Assembly (NCBI GenBank): GCA_049999805.1
Contig: JBNGIO010006273.1
Span: forward strand, 53,637 to 117,636
DNA: 64,000 nucleotides
Origin: Folioceros fuciformis
Lineage: Eukaryota
Direction: 5' to 3'
Shown: piece after piece, positions 25,190 to 37,000 of the stretch
Layout: every line of letters begins with the position of its first letter
How positions within the stretch are numbered: the stretch's first letter is position 1
Translations under genes and position numbers: made by a program
The notes under the pieces: generated by a model
What the model was told of the DNA's origin: nothing
Database searches by the model: none
Seen by the model: only the letters and a program-made list of their open reading frames with translations

Positions 25190-25214
25190 GCGAGATTTAG
25201 TGCTCGCAGGCATC

Positions 25215-28200
25215 ATGTCTGGGGCTGCTCCCCCAGACACGGGTTCAGATCGGTTGCAGGAAAAGGACCGTCTGAATCCAGGTAATTTCGATGCCTAGAG
25301 CTTCAGGGTGCGCTGCATCCTAGAAGAGAAACTTCTGATGGAAGTTGTAGATGGAACTGTACCAAGAAGGGTACATGGTCAGCCATCTGGAGTAATGACA
25401 CCAGGAGGTGTGAATCAAGTGCCCTGGACAACGAAAGATGAGCTAGAGTGGAAGTATAAGGACAGAAAGGCACGTACCATATTAGTTGCCTTTGTCTCGC
25501 AGGAGATGATTCCTCACATTCGATTGACGCAGTCTTCAAACGAGGTCTGGTCATTGCTATCAGAAACTTATGACTCTAAGGATATGGTAGCCGAGGCAGC
25601 AGCAACCCTGCAGTATCAGACACTTCGTATGAAGGAAAACGACTCTGTTGAGAGTCATGTTGCCGAGTTTCGAGCCTGTAGGGCCAAGCTTGCATCCTGC
25701 GGAGTGATCATAACAGAATCTAGGTCAGCAGTCCAATTGCTGCTCTCACTTCCACCTAGCTATGAACATTTCAGTTCGGGTCTGCAAACATCAGCAGTAG
25801 TCATACCTGCTACAGCCACAACTCCTGCTTCGTCTAACCTAACTGTCCAGAAAGTTGTAGGGGCGTTGCTGCAGTTTGAGGCCAATAGAAAACAAATGAA
25901 GGGTGGCCCACCTGCGTCCCATTTCTCACATAGACAAAGTGATACAGCTTTATTCTCTGGTAGAGGTAGAGGAAGGGGTAGGGGTCGAGGTAGAGGTGGC
26001 TACGGTAGGGGTAGAGGACAGGCTTCTATGTCTACGTCATCCCCTACTGGTCAGTCAAGCTCATCCTCTAAACCTGGAAATTGTAATTATTGTGGGAAGC
26101 CAGGACACTGGATTAAAGACTGCAGAAAACGAGCAAAAGACGAGGCTGCTAAAGGCAGACATGCACCTGAAGCCCACACTGCTAGGGCTACTACTCCAGG
26201 GCTGCTTGTAGCCTGTCTTACATCTTCCAAAAAGGGTTGCTAGAAGAGGTTCCTAGGCAGTGGAGCCAGCATTCATATGTGCTCAAAGAGGAAGTCATTT
26301 GTAACATACGTGCCATCTCCCACATGTCACGAGACAGCATTAGTGTTAGGAGACGACTCTACCATTCCAATCAAGGGTTCAGGAACCATTCAAATTACGT
26401 TGAAGGATGGAAGTCATCTACTGCTGGAGAATGCACTTCATGTACCAGCTCTTGCGAAGAACCTGGTCAGCACTATGGCGTTAGGGAAGACAAACTTGTA
26501 TAGGATTACATTTGAAGGCACAGAGTGCCATATCTCCAAATTAGCTACTCCAGCTGTCACAATCGCTCGTGGGACACCACTCTTTGATCTCTATCTTTTG
26601 GATTTCGAATCAGATGTTCCCGGTGCTGCAGTGAACTCCACAGAGACAAGCATTAGAACTGTTAAGGCTAGCAATGCTTTTAAGTGGCACTACCGTCTAG
26701 GGCACCCGAACATCCAGGCTATGAGGAGACTGTTGCGTGAAAAGATGGTAATTGGTTTCAATGAGAGTGAACTTCCTGATCTTGATCTCTGTGTTGCATG
26801 TGTACATGGCAAGCAGTACAAGTCGCATTTTGGAAGTGGAAAACCAAGAAAGCCCACAGAGATCTTAGATCTCGTTCATACAGACATCTGTGGACCCATG
26901 TTTGTCACCTCATGGGGAGGAGCCAAGTACTTTGTCGTGTTTGAGGATGATAAATCTCACTTCACTGTGACTGAGCTTCTTCGCCAGAAAAGTGAGGTGT
27001 TTGACAGTTTCAAGCGGTACCTCGCGTATGCAGAAAGGCAAACAGGGTATCAGCTTAAGTGCATAAGATCTGACAACAGCAAGGAATATCTATCAACAGC
27101 CTTTCAGGAGTATTGTCAAGAGAGGGGGATCACACGCCAACTGACCATTCCATATCACTCTGATATGAATGGCCGTGCTGAACGAAGACACAGGACCATC
27201 CAGGATGCTGCTAGAGCACTTCTATATCAAGGAAGGCTTTCAATCAGGTTCTGGGCAGAGGCAGTGCAAGTGGCTACATACCTTCAGAACAGGTCTACTG
27301 TGTCTTCCTTGCGTGGTTCCACTCCATTTGAAGCATGGACAGGAAGTAAGCCTGATCTTTCTCATCTTAGGGTCTTTGGTAGCACTGCATATGCGCATAC
27401 TCCTGATAAGTTACGTCAGAAGTTCGCCTTTAAGTCCAAAAGACACATTTTTATAGGATACACAGCTGGAATACATGGCTACAAGTTATTTGAACCCACC
27501 ACTCGTCAAGTTGTTCATGCACGAACAGTTGCTTTTGATGAGAGCATTGTACTTAGACCTCCGTTGCATTCTTTAGATGACTTTGTAGATCCAGACAGTG
27601 TAGAGCTGTCAGAGCCTCCTGTAGACACTGAACAAGAGGTTAGTGAATCAGACTTTGTCCATTTTCCAGCCAATGATCCGTCTTTTCTTAACCCTGTTCA
27701 GCCAGTTGTTCTTCCTCCTGTCGTCCAGCCTCCACCTGTTGTCCAGCTTGTACTGCCTCCACCAGATCCAGGTGATCCTCCAGATCAGCCTGATCTGTCT
27801 GATTCCTCAGATGATGATGCACCTGCACCTGATCATGCAGCACAAGGTGCTGATGAACACTTACTTGCTACTGCAAATCACGCTATAAACCCTGATTGGT
27901 TTGTCGATGATCCAGTAGAGTATGTCATACCTGTTTCACAGCCTGTTCTTCCACGTTGTTCCACGAGGATCAGGAGACCTCTTGCGCAATGGATTGAGCC
28001 TCCATACAGAAGTGAAGATTTCAGGAAGGTACCCAGTCCTGTTGGCTCAGCACCAGGGGAGGTGGTTATTGATGTGGTTGAGCAGGCTAACATGACTGTA
28101 AATCCAGGCTATGAGCCTCAGTCATATCGTGAAGCAGTGTCTGGTCCTGAAGCACGACAGTGAAAACAAGCAATCAAGTCAGAATATGATAGCCTTATTG

Positions 28201-29680
28201 ATAACAAGACATGGGAGATCTGCCCTCCACCTCAGGGGAGGAAAATTGTTACCTCAAAGTGGGTATTTAAATTGAAGTATAAGGCAGACGGCAGTATCTC
28301 GCGTTATAAGGCTAGACTAGTAGCACATGGGTTTTCACAAGTGCCGGGACTGGATTATCATGATACCTTCTCACCTGTCGTGAAGTCTCAATCACTGCGA
28401 GTTCTCTTTTCCATGTCGGCATTTTTCTCCTTGTTCATACGTCAAATGGATGTTAAAACGGCATTCTTGCACGGCAAACTTGAAGAAGGGATCTTCATGC
28501 AACAGCCTGAGGGCTTCAAAGTAGAAGGCAAGGAGGACTGGGTTTGTCGACTACTCAAAACGATCTACAGGCTGAAGCAAAGCCCAAGGGCCTGGTATCA
28601 ATGCATTGACAAGTTTTTGCTAGGACTGACCTTCGTGAAGAGTGCTGCAGATTCCAACGTTTATCTTCTGCAAGAGGACAAAGGATTTTTTATATTAGCA
28701 CTCTATGTTGACAACTGTATTTTACTAGGAACAGACCTAGATAACATCATGAAGGTGAAGCAACTCTTATCTGGGCGTTTTGACATGGTTGACATTGGAG
28801 AGCTCTCATACTGCTTGGGGACTCAACTCCTACGTGACCCTGCCACTGGAACTCTTACAATACATCAGCAGAAGTATATCTACAACATGTTGTTCAAGTA
28901 CAAACTCACAGATGCAAAGCCAGCACTCACTCCACTTGAAGCTGGGTGTAAACTGACAAAGGAGCAATCACCTACCTCAGATTCTGACAAGCTTGAGATG
29001 GAGGCAGTTCCTTATGCCCAAGTTGTTGGCTCTATTATTTATTGTTCCAATAACAGCAGACCAGATGTTGCACTCCCTGTTAGCATGATTTCTCAACACT
29101 TGAAGAATCCAGGGAGAGCGCATTGGTCAGCAACAAAAAGAATTCTAAGATATCTCAAAGGGACAAGTGATCATGGCATACATTACACAAGACAAGACTA
29201 TGATGAAGAGGAGCTTACCTTAGTCGGCTATTGTGATGCTGACTGGGCGGCGGATCCTGATACTAGGAGGTCAGTTTCTGCTTACACCTTCTTACTTGCA
29301 GGTGGAGCAGTTACTTGGTCGTCGAAGAAACAAACCACAGTATCACTCTCCTCGACAGAGGCAGAGTATTCTGCCCTAACACAAGCCTCGAAGGAAGCCA
29401 TATGGCTGAGAAGGTTGCTAACTGATCTTGGACAAGCACAGAAGGGCCCGACTGTCATTTATTGTGACAATCAGTCTGCGTTGGCATTAGCACAGAACCT
29501 TGTCTTCCATGCTAGGACTAAGCACGTGGAAGTTCACCACCACTTCATTAGGCATGTAGTTGAAACAGGACAGTGTTAAACTGGAATATGTGCCAACAGA
29601 ATCAAACGCAGCTGATATACTTACCAAACCCTTACCCAAAGCGAAGCACTATCAATTTAAGAAAGCTTTGGGAGTCCTTA
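25215..29680 (+). pseudogene. Copia gag-pol with premature stops and altered catalytic motifs
   Basis: ORF pieces 25308-26243, 26277-28163 and 28272-29579. Motifs CNYCGKPGHWIKDC, VHTDICGP, QMDVKTAFLHG, LYVDN (normally YVDD), YCDADWA and STEAEY. Confidence 0.9.
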
Positions 29681-32600
29681 GCCCACTTCATACAAACAAC
29701 AGTTCCAGCAGTTCATAAGATGTACACTTCAGGAGTCATGGTATCATTTGCTCCATCACCGTCAGTCACCACATGCCTCATCTTGTGTATACGACCTAGC
29801 GGCAACTTGAAATCTCTGGGCTTGTAGGCTTCAGGAGCTACAACCTTGTCCAGACCCTCAGTCAAGTCTTCATTCTTAGTCATGATGCTCCAGGATCCGT
29901 CAGGAGCAGCCTGTTTTTGCTTGGAGGTGGAAGCTGCAGACTTCTTCAGAGCAGCAATTTCCTCCTCAAGCTTGGTCTATCTCTCCTACACCTCCTTCAG
30001 CATCCCTTGCCAGGAGATTCAATAGCAGCTGAATCAGGTTGTGCCCTGCTTAGGGCAGCAGCGGTCAGCTCCTCATCTTCAGACGCGCTATGGTACTCTT
30101 CAGCTGGATCAGTTTCTTCTGAAGCAGACAAGTAGATTGGCGCAGCTTTGGACCCGTTTGCCATCGCGCTCAGCAGTGTGTGCTCATAGTCTTCTCAGTT
30201 GAGCTTCCGCAGACTCTTACGACTGGCAGGAGCGCGGGCAGGCGTAACTTAGGAATTTTCAAGTTGGCTGTTTTCTGGCCTCTATTCTGGTTTTCTAAAT
30301 TAGTTGTATATACAATGAGAGGGGGTGTTGAATAATTAATTGTTAGTTTATGACACATTGTTATATACCAAGGGGTGCTTCATCTGAAACCCTAGTTGGT
30401 AGTTATTAGTTGTTGTAACCGTTCATGGGACATGGACACATAAGTGCCTAGTTCCCATATTCAATAATATATATATCTGCTTTGTGTGCTCTACGTGAGT
30501 AATCTCACGGTCGTGTTCGATGTTCACATATACTTCATAAATGCTACAGCGTTGAGCTTCCAAGGGTTGCCGATCTCTAAGAATTGCCCTGGCGACATGG
30601 GTGGTAGTTGGGAAGCCGTCGAGGGTGAGGACGAAGGTGAAGGTGAAGATCGTTGGGACACGGTAGAGAGCGGGCGTGGAAATGTCACGCAAATGAGAGA
30701 AGTGCAGGGAGTCGAAGTGATGGAATGAAAGAAGAGTAGGGGGCGGGAAGCGAGAGAGAGGTCAAGGGAGATGGGGCGTATCGGCTGGCGTAATCAAGAG
30801 TAAGCACTTACGCTCCAACACTGGTACGCCTGCAATCGCCCGTGGCGGTTACGCCCTGCCATTTGCATGATGTCAGAGTCCTCGTTCTTGATCGGACTAT
30901 CTTGACAATCAGTCCGGCGGCTGATTCGGTGGAAGAGACTCCGGCATGCTGGTTACTCCAAAAACTCGACTTTGCTGCCACTGTTCTCTAGTCTACCTTA
31001 TGTGGTCGAACTCCGAAAAATTACTCTGGTAGACTATCAAAGTAGAGCTCCGATAGATATTTTGGGAGTAGACACCAGGGCAATGCACTCTTTAATACAT
31101 ATTCTCTCTAGAGCATAGTGCTATGCAATCTAGAGTAGTGACATGCATTACTTGTTCAAAATTGTGTAGAGGTATGTCATTTGACAGAGTCTTGACTAAA
31201 GATTCTCAAATACCTTTTACTATTATGTTTTTGCCACAATCTAACCTTGGATGTTTGAGAAACCTTTTAAAATGAAAGATACCCTCGGATAAATGCACAT
31301 CATCGATGCTTAATACAAGAGCAATATATTACACCGGCACTAGTGAAGCCTTTTAAAATTTAAAAGGGCTAAAAATGCAAATCTCTTAGCATGTTTTGCT
31401 TTGAAGTAGACTACTTTCCTTAGTTCTAAGTTATGCACCAAGATTACTAACCACATAACTCACTAGACTTGATGGCTCATAAATAATAATGCTTCTTATA
31501 ATCATAAAAATCATTATTATCATAATTAGTCATGAAACTAACTAGATTTTGATGTCTCATAGCATTATACTTATAATCATAAGAATCATCATCATCTTAA
31601 CAACAACAACAAAAAAAACAATATTATAAATATCGAGACTTCATTATCTTTGTAGTCTATATAAGTGTGGGTGCATGACTTTGAATTCTATCCTATCCTC
31701 TAGTTCATTATTTGGCTATTTTGTGTTATTGTCATACTTGTGGAGGATAGTTAGGCTACCATTATTACTTCCTATCACCACCATCAAGTCCTATCAACCT
31801 TAACAAAGTACTTTAACTCTAAAGATGCACTTTGTTAGTTTTATTTTACTAAAGATTGCACTTTGTTAGTCATATTTTGCTAAGGATTGTACTTTGTTAG
31901 TTATGTTTTGTTGTTTTTTCTTTTTCTTTTTTCTTCTTTTCGGCAGGCTTTCACCAATGCTAATTGTACATGCAGATATGGAAAGAAAAAAAAAATCTTC
32001 AAAGACAATGTCCGGTTTATCAATTACTTCCGAGATAAAGGTGAGAGCAAAGGGACCATCAATATTGGCTCATATGTGCGGGGTTATTGCTGCTTATAGC
32101 ATTGGTGCACCTTTACAAACACCATGTAAGCAAAAAGGATGTCTAAGAACAAAACCTAAGCTAAAGAATAGGGGCAATGTTTCTTTGCAGCCAGATGAAG
32201 GCTTACAATGTGCATCAAGGAATTCTTCAAGTTCAAGGATCATGAGAGAGGTAATCATATATGGATTTGTGCTTTTTTATTCGGATGTAATTAGTACGGG
32301 AGTTACAGATGCCAACATCAATTAATGCCCTAAGAGAAATGTTTAACTAAACAAGAGTTGCAGAAACGGAAAGCTTTGAAGGAACGAATGGAATATTTGT
32401 GTGAAACGATGTGGAAGGGAGATGAGTTTGATGAGGAGGGTGACAAAATAATAGATTATGAGTTGAATAACTCCACATGTGAATTGGGGACGTTACAAGG
32501 TATTTTGGGCATAGGGGAACTTTATTCCAATGACAATAATAAGGGCAAAGGATTGAGTCCTCCCAATGTTGCTCAAAGTGGGGGCCCACTTCATAGCTTA

Positions 32601-34050
32601 GAGGCATTTATAAGAGAGAAGGAACGTTGTGAGCAAGGAGGTCAAATAGAAGAATATTCAGCATTGCAGAGTTTTCACATTGTTCCTAAAGTTAATGCCC
32701 TTGAGACAACAATGTTCAATGAAGGTATGAAATTCAGTGTTTAAGTATGTAAATAAGGTTGACATGAAATCTATTTATGTTTTGTGATCATACTCAAAGG
32801 GTAGTCATATTGTTTATGTTTTCTGAATGCTAATAATATTGGAATTGACAATCTTCGCAGAAGGAATAAGACAAGATCCTATTCAAATTGACAGTGCGAG
32901 AATTGACAATTTGAAAGCCCATGAATATGTTGCTGCACACATGGAAAGTGTCATTGCCCACGAAAAGAGTGCTGCTCAAGAAATGAACTGTGACTTGAAG
33001 AACGGAAGTTCCTTGGACATATTAAAAGAAAGTATTGATCGTTTGTCTAAGAGAAGACACTCTCCGGAAATATCCATATCTACAAAAGGTACGAATCACA
33101 TAATGTTTGAAAAATTAATTATGTAGACTTGTATTAGGATGAAACAAGAACTATTCTTCATTTTCACTAGAAGAACGTGATGTAATAATATTTTAATTTG
33201 TGTCATGTGAATAAACACAGGAGCTAGTACCAACAAAGAGCCAAACCCCATTGACATATCCATGTTAAATATTTATCGTAAGCTCAAGAAACAACATAAT
33301 ATATGAGAACCTATAACATTCATCTGAGGTATGCATTACACACTCTAAATATGCATGTGCTAAGATCAAACTAAAGCTACTCCATTATGAATTTTACTAT
33401 GTAGGCAATATATCTATTTTACATTTGTGCAAAACAAACCTAGACATAATATTGCTATGCTTTGTATGGAGGCATAAATGAAGTTGTCAATATTGTTGTT
33501 AAATAGGAACAAATATTATTAGGGGCATATCCTCTTATGTTGGAAGTATATTTTACATAACATTTATGATGTTGGTAACACATTACGCATGCAATTGCTT
33601 ACAGGTCCAATTTACGGTGTTGAGTAAGATGACACTTGTTAAGTAAAGGAGTCATGTAGTACTAGCCAATTTACTGTGGGTACTAGGAAAAGTTTAGGCA
33701 CATATTGGTACTTCTCCCATTTGGTCACATCAAGCTTGAGTGACTCATAGCAAATCTAGTTTCATGAAGATTAGTGACTAGCACTCTTCATGCAGCTTCA
33801 ATTTTTAGTTTGTCCTACATCATCTAGTTTGTCTTGCAGCATCTAGTTTGTCTTATAGCTTTTACTTTGTCCATCCTTGTTAGGATATAGTCTTCTGGGA
33901 ATACGAATGGTACTGCGATTTTGCAGTTAAATTATTTGCTTTAAAATGACACCTAGATCCATGAAGAAATCATGATGACGGAGAAGGCAACTCTTAAACA
34001 ATCTACGTTTGTTTTCTTTTTCCTAAAAACGTAGCTTCTGCACACCTGGT

Positions 34051-37000
34051 AAGAAAACAAAAAGGTGGTTATTTCATGATCGGGCACCTTTTAAATGCAT
34101 CTGACAGTTATTTATAGTTTAGGTTTTAGTTTATGAAACCTTTAGAAATCTCATTGTTATTAATTCTACATATTCACTTTCCTAATTCACTTGTCTATAC
34201 TATGCTGCAACTAGGCTACAAACATCACACTTTTCTACTCCCACTTAGACTAGCGTGCTGTATATCAACTTTATCTCCACTTGGGTCTTGTTCTTCGAAT
34301 GCTATAACACCTAACGCTTTAGTGTGTTTCCAGTGTGCCTCCTTGGAAAGTGACTTTGTCAATTGATCTGCCATATTATCACTCAAGCTAATATACTTCA
34401 GCTCAAGCACAACATCTTCTATTGCCTTATGAATAAACTGCTATTTAACATCTATATGTCTTGTTCTTGAGTGAGCCACGAGATTCTTAGCTATGGCTAT
34501 TGCGGATTGATTATCACACCAGATACATGAAGGTAATTTCAGGTTATGTCCAAGTGTTTCTAGCAATGACCTCATATGCATCAACTCTTGAGCTGCAGAT
34601 GTGACTGCCGAATACTCTTGCCTACCCCTCCTCTCGTAGGTAGGTTGCCTACCATTCCCACCCATTGTCGTAGGTAGATAGCCAACCCCATTGCCGTAGG
34701 TGGGGTGTCTACTGTATAAGTACCTTCCCTACCTACGTAGGTATCTTCCATTTTCCCACGTAGGTACTCTCTCTACGTATGTAGGTAGACATCCTACTAT
34801 GTAGGTATCTTCTTATTCTAACCTACCAGAATAGAACTAAAAAAAAACGCCATAAAAACCTTCACTATCCGCTCACTACCTACCATGGGCACTTGCCCAG
34901 AAACCTACCTTCCACATGCCTTCCTTCGAACTATTTTGAACAAAAAGAAACCAAGTTAGACTTTCCTAGACCGATTACCAAACTTTTCCGTTCCACAGTC
35001 TTGAAGTCGAGCTTTGTCCTGACTTCCTTAGGTATGTGCACAAAGACCTTACATCCAAAGATCCTAAAATGAGAAATGGCTGGCTTCCTACCTGTCCAGC
35101 GTTCATACGGTGTGGAGACCTTGAAAGCTGTGGTGGGAAGTCGATTCTGTACATAAGTAGCAGTGTGAATTGCCTCTGCCCAGTACCTCCTTGATAGTCC
35201 TGACTGGTATAGCATGGCTTTTGCAGCTTCTTGCACATAGCGATTCTTAGATTCTGCAAGTGGATTTTGGCTGGATGTGTATGGGAAAGTGATCTGTCTT
35301 TCTATGCCAAGTGATCTGCAAAAATCTTGGAAATCACCACTGTTGAACTCTCCTCCTCCATCACTTCGAAGAACTTTAACCTTATTCCCAGTCTGTCTTT
35401 GTGAATAATTCACATAATCTACAAATCGATCAAGTGCCTCTGATTTTTGACGTAGGAAATTTGTCATAGTAAAATGGCTGTAATCATCTAGCAGCAACAT
35501 AAAGTAGGAGGCTCCTCCAAGAGATTTGACAGACATGGTCCGCATAGGTCGGTATGTACGACAGCAAGTGTTTCTGTGGCCCTATTTTGCTCATGAGGTT
35601 TCTTAGCATTTTGTTTTGGAAGCTTGGCATGAATACAGGCATCGCAAAGTACATCTACTTCCTGGACTGTTCAGGGAACCTTCTCTTGATACAGGTGTTC
35701 ACCAACCATGTTCTTCATTTTATTATAGTTCGGGTGTCCCAAACGACAATGCCAAAGCAGCTGATTACTGTCTTCCTCCAAACGCTTAGCTAAGTGTGCT
35801 CGAGTATGTGAGCTACTAGCACTTATCCCAACATGGGTGCAGCAATTAAGCCTATACAAGTTTGAATCCAAAACTCCTATGGCCAACTCGTTATGAGTCT
35901 TGCTATCAATCAGTCTGCACTGTTTTTCATCAAAGCTCACTTTGACACTCACTCTTGGCACACATGTCTAACAGACATAAGGTTCTTCACCATCTGAGGA
36001 ACGTGAAGAACCTTATTCAGCCTTCTCACAGAGCCATCATACAAACGAATTTTTACTATCCCCACACCTAGCTATGTTCAGTCCACTCTGATCTCCCAGC
36101 AAGACAAATTGTCCGGGTGAGATTGTTGATAATCATCGAAGCTATCTCGATCATAGCAAATATGAGCCGATGCACTTGAGTCCATAAACCAGGATTGTTC
36201 ATCTGACTTAGTGTGCGCTAGAAACATAGTCAGTATGACATTGGAGCTTGAACCTGACGCCTTCATTTTTTAGATCATGTTGGCTTCAGGTGATCCAGAT
36301 TTTCGTGGATCACCTGCTCTCTTCTTTCGGTAGTCAGCCTCTATGTGGCCCATATTCTGACACCAGTTGCAAGTAAGCTTTCTGTGATTCGGATTGGGTG
36401 GAGTTCGTGTGCCCACAGTCATGGGCCTCCCTTGCAAGATCGAGCGGTTCCCGAATCTTCCTCCTCGACCACCTCTACCTCCTCTGCCAGTGTAGAGAAT
36501 GTGAACGTGTGAAGAATGACCTTGTCCTCTGTTCGAGCCCATCGAAGCCTCTTCCTTAAGCAGAGCCCCGATGGTGGTGGACAACGAAACCGTTGATGCT
36601 GCAGCCGTATGAATGCTGTTGTTTTGAGTACTTACGAAAACTCTGTACTTGTCTAGCAGCGACGTCAAGAGAGCAACAGAAGCCTGAAGTTCAGTGACCG
36701 TCGTGCCAGCAGTAGCAAGCTTCTGTCTCAAATGCCTCAAACGCATAACATGCTCTTCGACTGTCTCCGAATCCTTAATCTTGCAGTTCCAAAACGAGCG
36801 GGTGGCATGAACAAGTGATGATTGATTGGTTGTGGCAAACATCTGCGATAGGGCTGTCCAAGCCAGATGTGCCGTAACAGCATCTTCGATATGGTGCTTC
36901 ATGCTGTTATCAATGGTTAGTTCTAGGATGGCCCTAGCCTTCAAATCCTTCTTATTCCATGCTGTAATACCTACTACCGCTGCGTTTTGTCCCGGGTGAG

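Larger units (their letters stand above)
24353..30548 (+). mobile_element. Full-length Ty1/Copia LTR retrotransposon, structurally complete but coding-defective
   Basis: 223-bp LTRs at 24353-24575 and 30326-30548 (TG...CA, one mismatch seen). TSD GCGTT. PBS TGGTATCAGAGC at 24576. PPT GAGAGGGGG at 30317-30325. Order gag-PR-IN-RT-RH. Confidence 0.97.
22131..31074. mobile_element. Solo-LTR-like element (TGTC...GACA, TSD CCAGG), ~2.74 kb once the nested Copia is removed, with a minus-strand coiled-coil ORF
   Basis: CCAGG at 22126-22130 and 31075-31079. The minus ORF reads across the Copia insertion (MSPGQFLEIGNPWKLN|AEHIQTRSYPNLAPW...) into ORF 23444-24052. Confidence 0.7.
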
